From: Syntrophales bacterium
Lineage (GTDB): Bacteria > Desulfobacterota > Syntrophia > Syntrophales > UBA6807
DNA: 64,000 nucleotides
Reading direction: 5' to 3'
Assembly (NCBI GenBank): GCA_040767195.1
Contig: JAXGPA010000001.1
Location: 512,001 to 576,000, forward strand
A model generated the notes under the pieces. It was not told the DNA's origin. It was given only the letters and a program-made list of their open reading frames with translations, and did no database searches. Below, in pieces: positions 46,326 through 55,946 of the stretch; position 1 is the first letter of the stretch, and the number at the start of each line of letters is the position of its first letter. A program made the position numbers and the translations under genes.

Positions 46326-47708
46326 CTACTGTACCTTGAGGCCGATGCGGAATCTTTCTTTGCCGTCCCGCCCCTTGGTGATCGGGGACAGGAAGGCGAC
46401 ATCCCGGAACCGGGGCGCAGACTCGAGAAGGGGAATCAGGTTTGACGTGGTGTCGGCATATCCCTCGATTTCAACGGACCCCGCCGAGAGGGAAAAACGC
46501 TGTACCCAGGCTGTCTCGGGGAGGATCGCCGTTATTTCCTTCAGGATTTCAAGCAGCGGCAACCGGTTTGCGGAGATCCCATTGAGGAAATCGATCTCAT
46601 CCTCGAGGGTCCGGACCTGTCCCTGGAGACGCTCGATCCTCCGGACGTCCTTGGTGAGGCTCTCCAGTTCCCCGTTCAGCCGGTCCATGAGGACTTTCTG
46701 GTGAAGGACGGCGCTTCCCAGCCAGCCCGCCGTGGCCAGAATCGCCAGGAAAGCCAGGATGAAAAGGGCGTAATATCCCGCCCGGCTCGCCTTCTTCCGG
46801 AGTTCCGGGGGCAGGAGGTTAACGTTCAGGGGAACCTTTCGCACCCCCTTGAGGGCCAGGCCGTAGGCAGGGATGAGGGATGGCGACTTCAGGCCCCGGG
46901 CGGCGGCGTTGACGCCGTCGACCCGGATGTTCCCCGCTTCCGCCAGGTCCCGGAGGATTTCCTCGCCGAAGGGCTCACCGGCGCAAAGAACCGGCGGAAG
47001 GGACCCGTCAGGGCTCTTCCCCCGGAGTTCCGAAATAATGGACGCCGCCTTTTCCAGTGTCGCCTCCCGCCCGCCGTCTCCCCCATGGACCGCCTTGGAG
47101 AAAACCACCTGGTTTTTGCGCAGCAGGCTCCCTTCCAGGTAACCGTCGCCGGCGAAGAGGATGGCCCTCTCCGGGGCCTCGGGCACATCCCTGTCCGTGG
47201 CGATGTAGTTGACCAGGGCCGAGGAGAGGGTTTCCACGCCCGAGAGGCCCGGGCCGATGGTCTTCATGAGATCGATGTAAGGTTCCGCCGCTTTCTTCCG
47301 GACGACGGTCAGAAAAGCGCGAAGCTGGCCGTCTTCCCGCTCCTCCTGAATGACCCGGGCGTCGAAATGGACGGTGTCGGCGGCGAAAGGCGTAAATTTT
47401 TCCATCTCGTAGCCCACCGTCTCCCGGAGATTCTCCCGGGCGGCCGATGGAAGCTCGATAAGCCGGGAAAGGATTTCCCGCCGGGGGAGGGCCATGTAGA
47501 CCTCGGCGGACGGAGGAACATGGTTCGTCTCCAGGAAGGTCTTGATGTGTCCGCACAGGGCCTGCATCCGCTCTTCCGGGGAAGAGGATTCCGCGAGGGA
47601 AAGGGCGAGCTGGTCCGCCAGGACAATGCCCCGGAACGAGCTTTTGAGAAAAACCAGGCCGAGGCGGTCCTCCTCGATATGTATTCCAAGACTGGATTGA
47701 AAAAGCAA
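46326..47708 (-). CDS. gspL: Type II secretion protein L (PilM/PilN-like)
   Basis: YEMEKFTPF, VNLLPPE, TM, C-terminal LIPLLESAPRFRDVAF. Confidence 0.8.
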   Translation of the reverse strand: MLFQSSLGIHIEEDRLGLVFLKSSFRGIVLADQLALSLAESSSPEERMQALCGHIKTFLETNHVPPSAEVYMALPRREILSRLIELPSAARENLRETVGYEMEKFTPFAADTVHFDARVIQEEREDGQLRAFLTVVRKKAAEPYIDLMKTIGPGLSGVETLSSALVNYIATDRDVPEAPERAILFAGDGYLEGSLLRKNQVVFSKAVHGGDGGREATLEKAASIISELRGKSPDGSLPPVLCAGEPFGEEILRDLAEAGNIRVDGVNAAARGLKSPSLIPAYGLALKGVRKVPLNVNLLPPELRKKASRAGYYALFILAFLAILATAGWLGSAVLHQKVLMDRLNGELESLTKDVRRIERLQGQVRTLEDEIDFLNGISANRLPLLEILKEITAILPETAWVQRFSLSAGSVEIEGYADTTSNLIPLLESAPRFRDVAFLSPITKGRDGKERFRIGLKVQ

Positions 47709-47735
47709 CCGTTCCTCCCCGTTATTCCGACGCCG

Positions 47736-48725
47736 TCATTCTTCCCGCCAGGACAGGAACCTGTACCCTGTCGGGCTTCTCCGGTCCAGTTCCACGGTCA
47801 CGGAAAGACTGTCTCTGACGCCGCCCTGGCCAGCCTGTCCGGTGGACCTCACGGTGTAGAAGGAAGACAAGGCGAAGGTTAGATAAGGCGTCACCGCGGC
47901 GTAAACGTCCGGCCCCAGGATATCCGCCAGTTCGGAAGTCACCTTGAAATCCTTTTCCTTGCGGTACTCCAGGATCTGTGACACCAGGTCCTCCGTCATG
48001 AGGGGCAATGCAAGAAGCACTTCCGGTGAAGCGGCATTGATGTTGACTCGCTGGGTCACCTTCCGTCTCGCCGATTTCTTGGCCGCGGAATCGGGTTTTC
48101 GTTCCTGGAAAACGGTGAGCCTTTCACTCAGGCCACCGAAGAAAATCTCCGGCGTCATTCCCCTCACGAGAAGCAACTCGTCCACCGAATCGAAATCGCC
48201 GTCCTTGCAGTCATAGGGATCGCTAAGGTTCCTGTAATAGTCATCCTCCGCCCCGTTGACCCGGTGAAAGCCGTCCACATCCCGCCAGTCCTGGATGGAA
48301 TCCACGATGATGTTTTTTTCCTCATCGGTCAGGTCAAAACCGTTCAGCATGACCCGGAGAAGTTTTTCATCCGCCAGATTCAGATTGATCTTCCCCATTT
48401 CATTGCCCAGCATGACGACATAGTGCCCTGTTCCATACGGGATGGGGGGCTGCTCCACATTCACCCGCCATCGCTGCTCCTCTGTCGGCAAGAGGTCTTC
48501 CTCCCCCTCCTTCAACGGTATGAGGTCGTTCCTGAGGAGCTCCACAACGGCGTGGTTGATTCCCGCCAGGGCGATGTAGTACGCCTCGGTTTCTTCCTTG
48601 AAGTTGCGGGTGACGTTCACCTCCGTGCGCATGGCGTGGCAGAACTCACCGACGATGACCATGAGAAGAGCCAACACCCAGAGAACGAGAAAGAGCGCGA
48701 TGCCGCGGTCGTTTCCTTTTATCAT
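47736..48725 (-). CDS. gspK: Minor pseudopilin K
   Basis: RGIALFLVLW, GKINLN, DSIQDWRD, FDSVDELLLVRG, VNINAA. Start set at MIKGNDRG. Confidence 0.92.
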   Translation of the reverse strand: MIKGNDRGIALFLVLWVLALLMVIVGEFCHAMRTEVNVTRNFKEETEAYYIALAGINHAVVELLRNDLIPLKEGEEDLLPTEEQRWRVNVEQPPIPYGTGHYVVMLGNEMGKINLNLADEKLLRVMLNGFDLTDEEKNIIVDSIQDWRDVDGFHRVNGAEDDYYRNLSDPYDCKDGDFDSVDELLLVRGMTPEIFFGGLSERLTVFQERKPDSAAKKSARRKVTQRVNINAASPEVLLALPLMTEDLVSQILEYRKEKDFKVTSELADILGPDVYAAVTPYLTFALSSFYTVRSTGQAGQGGVRDSLSVTVELDRRSPTGYRFLSWREE

Positions 48726-48730
48726 GACCC

Positions 48731-49378
48731 TTACCCGGTATCCACGGTGACGCGCGCCACCACCGTCACGGGGGGTAACGATTCCTCCTCCGTCAGCGAA
48801 ACCCGGACGGCCAGAGGCGCCTTGCCGTCCATCTCGGGGTCCCACGCACTCTGCCATTGGGGCTCCGCGCCTTCCTCCCCCTGTTTCAGGTAAGCGAAGG
48901 AAATGCGATAAAAACCCGGGAGGAGCTCATGAAAATCCTCCTCGGCCACGGCGGCGGGATTTGCCGGGTCGGGAAGAAACACCCGATTTTTTTCGAAGAG
49001 AAAAAGGGACTCCCGGTCCCCTTCCTCCTCTTCACGAACCTCATATTTTGCATAAACCATGCCATATTCGTTTCCTGGGACCAGGGCCACCGAGGAAAGA
49101 AAGGACAGGGATTTTTCGTCTCCCCGGAAAGCGAAGGCGCCGCCGGGATCCTTCACCATGACGGGCCAGGCCATGGAAGCCATCTGCCGCTGGAGAAGAT
49201 CCATGACGATCCGCTCCCGCTGCCTCGTCTCGATGGTGGCTTCCCCTTTTTCCCAGGCCCGGACGCCCAGCCTCAGGGCGCCGAAGACGAGAACGGCGAT
49301 GACGCTGAGGAGAGTGAGCGAGATGAGAAGTTCGAGGAGGGTGAATCCCCGGTTTCCAGGGTTCTCATAGCCTGTCAT
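48731..49378 (-). CDS. gspJ: Minor pseudopilin J
   Basis: Prepilin motif RGFTLLELLISL; start uncertain (ORF extends to 49474). Confidence 0.8.
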   Translation of the reverse strand: MTGYENPGNRGFTLLELLISLTLLSVIAVLVFGALRLGVRAWEKGEATIETRQRERIVMDLLQRQMASMAWPVMVKDPGGAFAFRGDEKSLSFLSSVALVPGNEYGMVYAKYEVREEEEGDRESLFLFEKNRVFLPDPANPAAVAEEDFHELLPGFYRISFAYLKQGEEGAEPQWQSAWDPEMDGKAPLAVRVSLTEEESLPPVTVVARVTVDTG

Positions 49379-49473
49379 GGCGATTTTTGAAGCAGACTCC
49401 ATTTTGCTGCCGTACGGTCGGAGAGGCTTCATTTTCGCCATTGTCCCCGCTCCGGAATCGCGACGCCGGTCCA

Positions 49474-49911
49474 TCAGGCCGCCGCGGGTTCCTTCTCCAG
49501 GATACGGTTTGTCAGGAGTTCGAGAGATTTTTCCCGGAACCCCTGGCTCCAGAACACCCGGACGGTGATTTCAACGACCCGGAAGGGGAGCCTCTCGGCC
49601 TCCTCCTCCGGCAGAGGCACCGGGACGACCGAGGTTTCCCACCGGTAGGCCTTGTCGCACTCACCGGCCAGGAGGCCTTCCTCGAGGGGTGTTTTGAGAA
49701 GCATCTCCTCCATGATCTCCCGGGCGTAGAACACCCCCCGGGTATAGTCCTCCGCGGCTTTTCCCGCTTTCAGCCCTCCGGAAAAAAGCTGAAAGACAAC
49801 GACGAGGGCGATGGCCAGGACGGAAATCGCCACGAGGGTTTCCATGAGGGTGAATCCCGGGGAAAGGCCCTTTCGGGTCCCCTGTGGCAGCGCCTGGTCA
49901 GAACGTTTCAT
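49474..49911 (-). CDS. gspI: Minor pseudopilin I
   Basis: PGFTLMETLVA; VEITVRVFW. Confidence 0.8.
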   Translation of the reverse strand: MKRSDQALPQGTRKGLSPGFTLMETLVAISVLAIALVVVFQLFSGGLKAGKAAEDYTRGVFYAREIMEEMLLKTPLEEGLLAGECDKAYRWETSVVPVPLPEEEAERLPFRVVEITVRVFWSQGFREKSLELLTNRILEKEPAAA

Positions 49912-50485
49912 CGGTGATGTCCTCGATCCGCACCGTGCCGGTTATGAAATCGATGTTTATGCCGTAAGCCCGCTCCCTGTCGTTAACCATCTCCAGGGTC
50001 CCGCCGCTGCATCCGCCGGTAGGCAGGAAAAGGATTTCCACCGTCCCGTCCTCCCACGACTCTTCTCCCTGGTGCACCCGTTTCCACCGGACTCCGGAGG
50101 GGAGAACATATTCCCGCCTCTCCGATCTCTTGCCGTCATCACGTTCCCCTTCCGCCAGAATGTCGTCCTCCCGCCTTTCCTCTTCGGGAAAGAGAACCAT
50201 CCGATTTTTCTCGAAATCGACCTGGACAACCCAGGTCGCTTTCTTCGCCGTTGCCTGGTTCCGGGCATACCGGAGGGACCCCGCCGCCTTCTTCACCGCC
50301 GATGTCAGCTCCAGGTTGGCCAGGGAATCAGACACCCGGGGAACGACAAGAAGAAAGGAAAGGCCGATAAGGGTCAGGACGATGAGAAGCTCGAGAAGGG
50401 TGAACCCCGCCGGCCCCTTTCGGCCGGTCCAAAGAGCCAGGACGGACCCCCGGGCTTCCGGGCCCGGCGTTTCCGAAGGTTTCAA
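49898..50485 (-). CDS. gspH: Minor pseudopilin H
   Basis: AGFTLLELLIVL; FLPTGGCSGG. Confidence 0.82.
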   Translation of the reverse strand: MKPSETPGPEARGSVLALWTGRKGPAGFTLLELLIVLTLIGLSFLLVVPRVSDSLANLELTSAVKKAAGSLRYARNQATAKKATWVVQVDFEKNRMVLFPEEERREDDILAEGERDDGKRSERREYVLPSGVRWKRVHQGEESWEDGTVEILFLPTGGCSGGTLEMVNDRERAYGINIDFITGTVRIEDITDETF

Positions 50486-50497
50486 GGCGTTCCTCGG

Positions 50498-50929
50498 TTA
50501 ATCGGACAGACCCTTCCAGTTCACCACGTCCTCATCTTCCCCTTCGCCGCCCTCTTTCCCGTCGCCGCCGAGGGAAATGATGTCAATTTCCCCGTTTTCC
50601 CCCGGTGACTGGTACACATAGGCGTGCCCCCAGGGATCCACGGGGATTTCCTTGGGAAGGTACGGGCCGTCCCAGCGCTCGGCATCTTCCGGCTTTTCCC
50701 GGAGGGCCTCCAGGCCCTGCTCCGTGGTGGGGTATTTCCCCACGTCGAGCCGATACGTGTCGAGGGCCGTCTCGAAGAGGGCGATCTGGGCCTTTGCGGC
50801 CTTCTGCCTGGACTTGCCCACTTTCCCGAACATCCGGGGGGCCACCAGGGCGGCCAGGAGGCCCAGGATGACCATGACGATCAGAACCTCGATGAGCGTG
50901 AACCCTTTTTCGCCTCTTTTGATTTTCAC
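50498..50929 (-). CDS. gspG: Major pseudopilin G
   Basis: GFTLIEVLIV, ALDTYRLDVGKYP, WDGPYL, DPWGHAY, SLGGDGKEGGEGEDED. Confidence 0.97.
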   Translation of the reverse strand: MKIKRGEKGFTLIEVLIVMVILGLLAALVAPRMFGKVGKSRQKAAKAQIALFETALDTYRLDVGKYPTTEQGLEALREKPEDAERWDGPYLPKEIPVDPWGHAYVYQSPGENGEIDIISLGGDGKEGGEGEDEDVVNWKGLSD

Positions 50930-50942
50930 TGTTTCTCACCTC

Positions 50943-52172
50943 TCAGAATGGCATTTCGTTCATGCTGAAGATGGCCGTCAGCATGGAAATAACGATGAGC
51001 CCCACGATGACCCCCATAACGAGGATCATGGCCGGCTCGAGAAGATTGATGAACCGCTTTACCGCGTCTCTCACGATTTTCTCATAATTTTCGGCGACCC
51101 GGAGGAGCATGGCGTCGAGCCTGCCCGTTTCCTCGCCCACGGTGATCATCTGAACGGCCAGGGACGGAAAGAGGTTCAGGTCGTTCAGGGCCTTGGAAAG
51201 GCGGTCCCCCTCCTTGACCCGGTTGTTGACCCGCTCCAGGGACCGGGCGATCTCCCGGTTGCCGATAATGTCCCGGACGAGGGTCAGGGCCTGGAGGATG
51301 GGAACGCCGCTTTTCGTGAGGGTGCCCAAAGTCCGGGAAAAGCGGGCCACCTCGATCTTCCGGACCAGGTCGCCGCTTACGGGAAGCCGGAGCTTCATCC
51401 GGTCGAAACGCTGCCGTCCCGGGGGGGTGGCGATATAGCGCTTCGCCAGGTAAACGAGCCCGATGACGCAAAGAAGAAGGAGCCAACCGTAATCGCGGAG
51501 GAAGTAACTGAATCCGAGAAGAAGCCGCGTGGTCAGGGGAATGGCCTGGCCCATGTCGGCGAAGATGACGGAGAACTTGGGAATCACGTACGTCATGAGG
51601 ATGATGATGGACACCCCCCCCACGGCGACGAGAAAGAGGGGGTAGACCATGGCGGACCGTACGAAATCGCGGAGTTCCTGGGCGCTTTCCAGAAAAAGGG
51701 CCAGCCGTTCGAGGACGGGGCCGATGACGCCCCCCGTCTCCCCCGCCCGGATCATGTTGACGTAAAAAGGGGAAAACACCCGGGGATACCGGGCCAGGGC
51801 GTCGGAGAGATAGGACCCCCCCTGGACGGCCTTCAGGATCTCGCCGATCACCTCCCGGAAGCGCTCCTTCTCCGTCACGTCGATCTGGATGGCCAGGGCC
51901 CGGTCCACGGGAAGCCCCGCGTTGAGAAGGACGGAAAGGTCCTGGGTGAAGATCATCACGTCCCGGGAGGAAACGACGTTGAAAAACCCCTGGAGGCGTT
52001 CCATGATCTTCCCCTCCAGGTTCTTTCCCGCCCCCCGGGAGAGATCGATCTGAATGGGAACGCACCCCATGGCGTGGATCTTCTCCACGGCCCCCTTCTT
52101 GTCAGCCGCTTCCAGGACGCCGCGGACGACCCGGCCCGACGAATCGGCGGCTTTGTAGGAATACACCGTCAT
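50943..52172 (-). CDS. gspF: Type II secretion inner-membrane platform protein F
   Basis: AGETGG, SAMVYP, GEETGRL, LLEP. Confidence 0.95.
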   Translation of the reverse strand: MTVYSYKAADSSGRVVRGVLEAADKKGAVEKIHAMGCVPIQIDLSRGAGKNLEGKIMERLQGFFNVVSSRDVMIFTQDLSVLLNAGLPVDRALAIQIDVTEKERFREVIGEILKAVQGGSYLSDALARYPRVFSPFYVNMIRAGETGGVIGPVLERLALFLESAQELRDFVRSAMVYPLFLVAVGGVSIIILMTYVIPKFSVIFADMGQAIPLTTRLLLGFSYFLRDYGWLLLLCVIGLVYLAKRYIATPPGRQRFDRMKLRLPVSGDLVRKIEVARFSRTLGTLTKSGVPILQALTLVRDIIGNREIARSLERVNNRVKEGDRLSKALNDLNLFPSLAVQMITVGEETGRLDAMLLRVAENYEKIVRDAVKRFINLLEPAMILVMGVIVGLIVISMLTAIFSMNEMPF

Positions 52173-52190
52173 TTCAATATCTTAAAAAGG

Positions 52191-53747
52191 TCACTGTTCG
52201 AGGGTCACCCGGAGAACCTCGGGAATCGTCGTGATGCCCTGGCGTATCTTGCGCCACCCGTCCTGGCGGAGGGTCACCATGCCGCGGTTTATGGCCACCT
52301 CCCGGATCCGGTCGGTGCTCGAGGACTGTATGATCTCCTTTCGAATGGCGTCGTCCACGGGAAGGTATTCGAAAATGGCCGTCCGTCCCCTGAAGCCCGT
52401 GTTCCGGCAGGCGTCACATCCTTCCCCGATGTAGAAGGTGACATCCCTCAGTTCCTCGGGGCTCACGTTCATGGACCGGATGAGCCGCTCTTCCGGTTCG
52501 TAAGGCTTCCGGCACTGCGGGCAGATGACCCGGACGAGCCGTTGGGCAAGGACCCCGAGCAGGGTGGAGCTGAGAAGAAAACTTTCGACCTCCATGTCGA
52601 GAAGCCGCGTGATCGCCCCCGGGGCGTCGTTCGTGTGGAGGGTGCTGAAGAGAAGGTGACCGGTCAGGGCGGACTGAACGGCGATCTGGGCCGTCTCCCG
52701 GTCCCGAATCTCTCCGACAAGGATGATGTCCGGGTCCTGCCGCACGATGGACCGGAGGCCGTTGGCGAAGGTCAGCCCGATCTTGGCGTTCACGTGAATC
52801 TGGTTGATGCCCCGAAGCTGGTATTCAACGGGGTCTTCCAGGGTGATGATCTTGTTTTCCGAAGAATTGATCTTGTTCAAGGTCGTGTAAAGGGTGGAGG
52901 TCTTCCCGCTTCCCGTGGGGCCCGTCACCAGGATCATGCCGTAGGGCTGGGAAATGAGCTTCAGGTATTCGGGGAGAATCTCCCGGGGAAACCCGATTTT
53001 TTCCAGGTCGAGGATGAGGGTTTCCCGGTCCAGGATCCGCATGACCAGGCTCTCGCCGTAAATCGTCGGGATCGTCGACACCCGGAAATCGATTTCCTTG
53101 TCCAGGACCTTGAGCTTGATCCGCCCGTCCTGGGGAAGGCGCCTTTCGGCGATGTCCAGCTTGGCCATGATCTTGGCCCGGGAGATGATGGCCGCCTGGA
53201 GCCTCGTGGGGGGCGACTCGATTTCGTGGAGGACCCCGTCCACCCGGTAGCGGACCTTGAACTCGTTCTCGAAGGGCTCGAAGTGAATGTCGCTCGCCCT
53301 CATTTCCACGGCGTTCAGGATGAGCCGGTTCACGAGCCGGATGATGGGGGCCTCGGAGGCCAGGTCCCGAAGGTAGTTGGCGTCCTCCTCGGTCCCCGTG
53401 GTGATGTCGAAGACCCCTTTTCCGGCCTCCTCGATGATGGTCTCGATGGACTGGCGGCCCATGCCGTAGAGACGCTCGATGGCCTCGAAAATGTCGTCCT
53501 CCCGGCCCGGCACGACATCAACGGCCAGGCCGTAGGCCATTTTCAGGGCTTCCACGGTGGAAAAATCGGACGGATCCGCCATGGCGATCCGGAGGGTGTT
53601 TTCCTCGAGCTTCAGGGGAACGAACCGGGACTGTTTCATGAACTTGACGGACAGGTTGTCCACGACCACCGGTTCCCTCGGGTAGTCGTGATAGGAGAGG
53701 GTTTTTCCCTGATCCCTGCCCTTGTCCACCTTTATTGAATGCGCCAT
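52191..53747 (-). CDS. gspE: Type II secretion ATPase E
   Basis: ASDIHFEP, GPTGSGKT, EDPVEY, RQDPD, LTGHL, CxxC...CxxC. Confidence 0.97.
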   Translation of the reverse strand: MAHSIKVDKGRDQGKTLSYHDYPREPVVVDNLSVKFMKQSRFVPLKLEENTLRIAMADPSDFSTVEALKMAYGLAVDVVPGREDDIFEAIERLYGMGRQSIETIIEEAGKGVFDITTGTEEDANYLRDLASEAPIIRLVNRLILNAVEMRASDIHFEPFENEFKVRYRVDGVLHEIESPPTRLQAAIISRAKIMAKLDIAERRLPQDGRIKLKVLDKEIDFRVSTIPTIYGESLVMRILDRETLILDLEKIGFPREILPEYLKLISQPYGMILVTGPTGSGKTSTLYTTLNKINSSENKIITLEDPVEYQLRGINQIHVNAKIGLTFANGLRSIVRQDPDIILVGEIRDRETAQIAVQSALTGHLLFSTLHTNDAPGAITRLLDMEVESFLLSSTLLGVLAQRLVRVICPQCRKPYEPEERLIRSMNVSPEELRDVTFYIGEGCDACRNTGFRGRTAIFEYLPVDDAIRKEIIQSSSTDRIREVAINRGMVTLRQDGWRKIRQGITTIPEVLRVTLEQ

Positions 53748-53890
53748 TTATGACACCATCTTGTGATGAATGACCGCCCTGAGGGGTTCGCCCGACGGGC
53801 GGGTCTTTCGGCAGGATCCGGCAGGACCGGGCCGCCCCTTCAGGATTATCGGTACCCGCCGGGACTCTGACCCCGCAGAAAAATTATGTA

Positions 53891-53906
53891 TGCAACAATC
53901 GAGCCG
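53891..53906 (-). promoter_or_regulatory. sigma54 -24/-12 promoter of the gsp operon
   Basis: Minus strand CGGCTCGATTGTTGCA (GG-N10-GC, TTGCA) in the intergenic region before gspE. Confidence 0.6.
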
Positions 53907-53957
53907 GACCTGTTCTCCTTCCGATCTTCCGGCCCCGCATTTCCTCAGGACAGCCTT

Positions 53958-55649
53958 TCATGTCTTCCGGTTTCGAACGTCGTCCTTGATTCGCTTTACG
54001 TGTCCCCGGCCGAGCCCCTTGACCTCGCAGCCCAGCTCGAAATACCGGCGGATCCTGGCATCGTCGAGGATGCCGAAACAGTCCACGATGGCGGCGGGAC
54101 GACCCGTCATCTCGACGATCCGGTCCGGGTCCAGGTCCCTGTACGACTCGTGGCGAACCGCCAGGACCACGGCGTCGGCCTCTTTCAGGCAAGCGGCCAG
54201 GTCCTTGTGGACCCGGAGCTCCTTCAGCTTGTCCTGGTTGCGGAAAAACCGCGACCACGAATGACCCGGCGCGGGGTAGGTGTCCTGCTTTTCGAATTCC
54301 CACCAGTGTTTCACGTAGGGGTCGTGGACGGTGACCTCGGCCCCCATCTCGGTAAGCTTCCGGACCACGATCTCCGAACCGCTGTACCGGGTGTCCCCCA
54401 CGTCCTCCCGGTAGGAAGCCCCGAGGACGGCGATCTTCGAGGCCGCCACGATCCTCCCCATGTTCCGCAGGGCGTCCCGGACGAGCTGGGCCGCGTGGAG
54501 TGACCGGGTGTCGTTGATGTCGATGGCCAGAGGGGTCACCCGGAAAATGTCGTCGTCGAAGCCCATGAGCGTGTTGTAGGCCCACACCCCGAGCCCCCCG
54601 TCCTTGGGCAGGCAGTAGCCGCCGATTCCCGGGCCGGGGAAGATCATGTTGGAATGGGTGGGCCGGACCCTGATCGCCTCGATCACCTTGATGAGATCCA
54701 CGCCGTTTCGCTCGGCGAAGAGACTCCATTCGTGAAGGTAGGCGAGAATCGTCGCCCGGTACGAGTTCTCCACGATTTTGCAGGTCTCGCTCTCCAGGGG
54801 CCGGTCGAGGACGGTGAGGGGGAATTTTTCCACGTTCAGAACTTCCGAGAGAAATCGAACCACCCGCTTCTTCGATTCCTCGTTAATGCCGCTGCACACC
54901 CGCCAGAAGTCCCGGATGGAAGAAACGTAATCCCGGCCGGGCATGACCCGCTCAAAGGAGTGGGCGATGAGGGGCTCCCCGGTGATTCCCCGCCTTTCGA
55001 AGGCTTTCTTGATGATCGGGTAGGCCACGTACTCCGTCGTCCCCGGGGGGACCGTCGTTTCGATGAGGACAAGACAGCCCGGTTCGATCTTTTCCCCGAT
55101 GACCCGGAGAGCTTCTTCCAGGGCCCCGATCTCGGCACGTCCCTCCACCACGTTCCCCAGGGCCTCTTTCAGGTAGTCGCACTGGACATCCACCACGACG
55201 ACGTCAGCCAGTTTCAGGACATCGTAGACGAAGGTGGCCGTGAGGGTCTTCTTTTCCGTAACGCACCGCCGGATCATGGGAGCCACCTCGGGGTCCTCCG
55301 CCTCCACCGGGGCGATCCCCTTTTTGATCCACGGGATCTTCCAGTACGACCGAGGGGAGGGCCGCTGCATTCCGATAACGAATTTCTTCGGTTCCCCCGA
55401 ATGCCTGTCCGCCGAATCGGCCACCACCGCCGCCATGACGGCACCGACGAAGCCGATACCCATGACGACGACGATCTCCCGGCCCCGGGCTTTCTCTTCG
55501 TCGACCATCTCCCTGAGACGGTCGAATTCTGTTTCGTAGTCTTCCGGCCCGGGAAGGGTGAACACTTCGCCGTCAGGTGCTATGGAGAGTTCGACACCGT
55601 TTTCCTTCATGTAGCCGATGAGGGCTTCTCTGTTTTCCAGTATGGCCAC
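53958..55649 (-). CDS. Nucleotide-sugar dehydrogenase (UDP-glucose/GDP-mannose dehydrogenase family)
   Basis: GIGFVG, ETTVPPGTT, KIVENSYR, GPGIGGYCLPKD. Confidence 0.92.
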   Translation of the reverse strand: MAILENREALIGYMKENGVELSIAPDGEVFTLPGPEDYETEFDRLREMVDEEKARGREIVVVMGIGFVGAVMAAVVADSADRHSGEPKKFVIGMQRPSPRSYWKIPWIKKGIAPVEAEDPEVAPMIRRCVTEKKTLTATFVYDVLKLADVVVVDVQCDYLKEALGNVVEGRAEIGALEEALRVIGEKIEPGCLVLIETTVPPGTTEYVAYPIIKKAFERRGITGEPLIAHSFERVMPGRDYVSSIRDFWRVCSGINEESKKRVVRFLSEVLNVEKFPLTVLDRPLESETCKIVENSYRATILAYLHEWSLFAERNGVDLIKVIEAIRVRPTHSNMIFPGPGIGGYCLPKDGGLGVWAYNTLMGFDDDIFRVTPLAIDINDTRSLHAAQLVRDALRNMGRIVAASKIAVLGASYREDVGDTRYSGSEIVVRKLTEMGAEVTVHDPYVKHWWEFEKQDTYPAPGHSWSRFFRNQDKLKELRVHKDLAACLKEADAVVLAVRHESYRDLDPDRIVEMTGRPAAIVDCFGILDDARIRRYFELGCEVKGLGRGHVKRIKDDVRNRKT

Positions 55650-55899
55650 GACGAGTTTCCTTTCTGCATTGTTTTTTTCAATTCCGGCCGGCGGATGCTC
55701 CTGAAAAGGCGGTGACGGGAAAGGAGGCGCGGCGGGGCAAAGATGCTTTCGGGCACAGCTCCGCTTTCTCGGTTACATCCCGCCTGCTGGAACCCCACTC
55801 CGGTTCTCTTTTTCAGGAGTTTCTCCGACCGTCCGCCAATCGTATTGTGCCCGTTCCCGGCCCCTGCAAAACCGCCGGGCCGAGGACGGGTTGTTCAGA

Positions 55900-55928
55900 C
55901 ATATATATCAATTCCACCGTGCTGTCAA
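55900..55928 (-). promoter_or_regulatory. sigma70-type promoter candidate heading the envelope locus
   Basis: Minus strand TTGACA-N17-TATATG, about 250 nt upstream of the dehydrogenase start. Confidence 0.55.
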
Positions 55929-55946
55929 AGCCATGAAGCGCCCCCG

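Noticed and set aside
50652..53738. Very long plus-strand ORFs (1028 aa here; also 2672..4819, 5469..6977, 22865..24736, 26539..28341)
   Set aside because: They are antisense shadows of well-supported minus-strand genes in GC-rich DNA and have no recognisable motifs.
55650..55900. Known riboswitch (e.g. c-di-GMP-I) or JUMPstart/ops element in the leader
   Set aside because: I could not find the consensus cores (GGCAAAC...GAAA...ACGCAAAG; GGCGGTAG) by eye; retained only as an unclassified structured leader.
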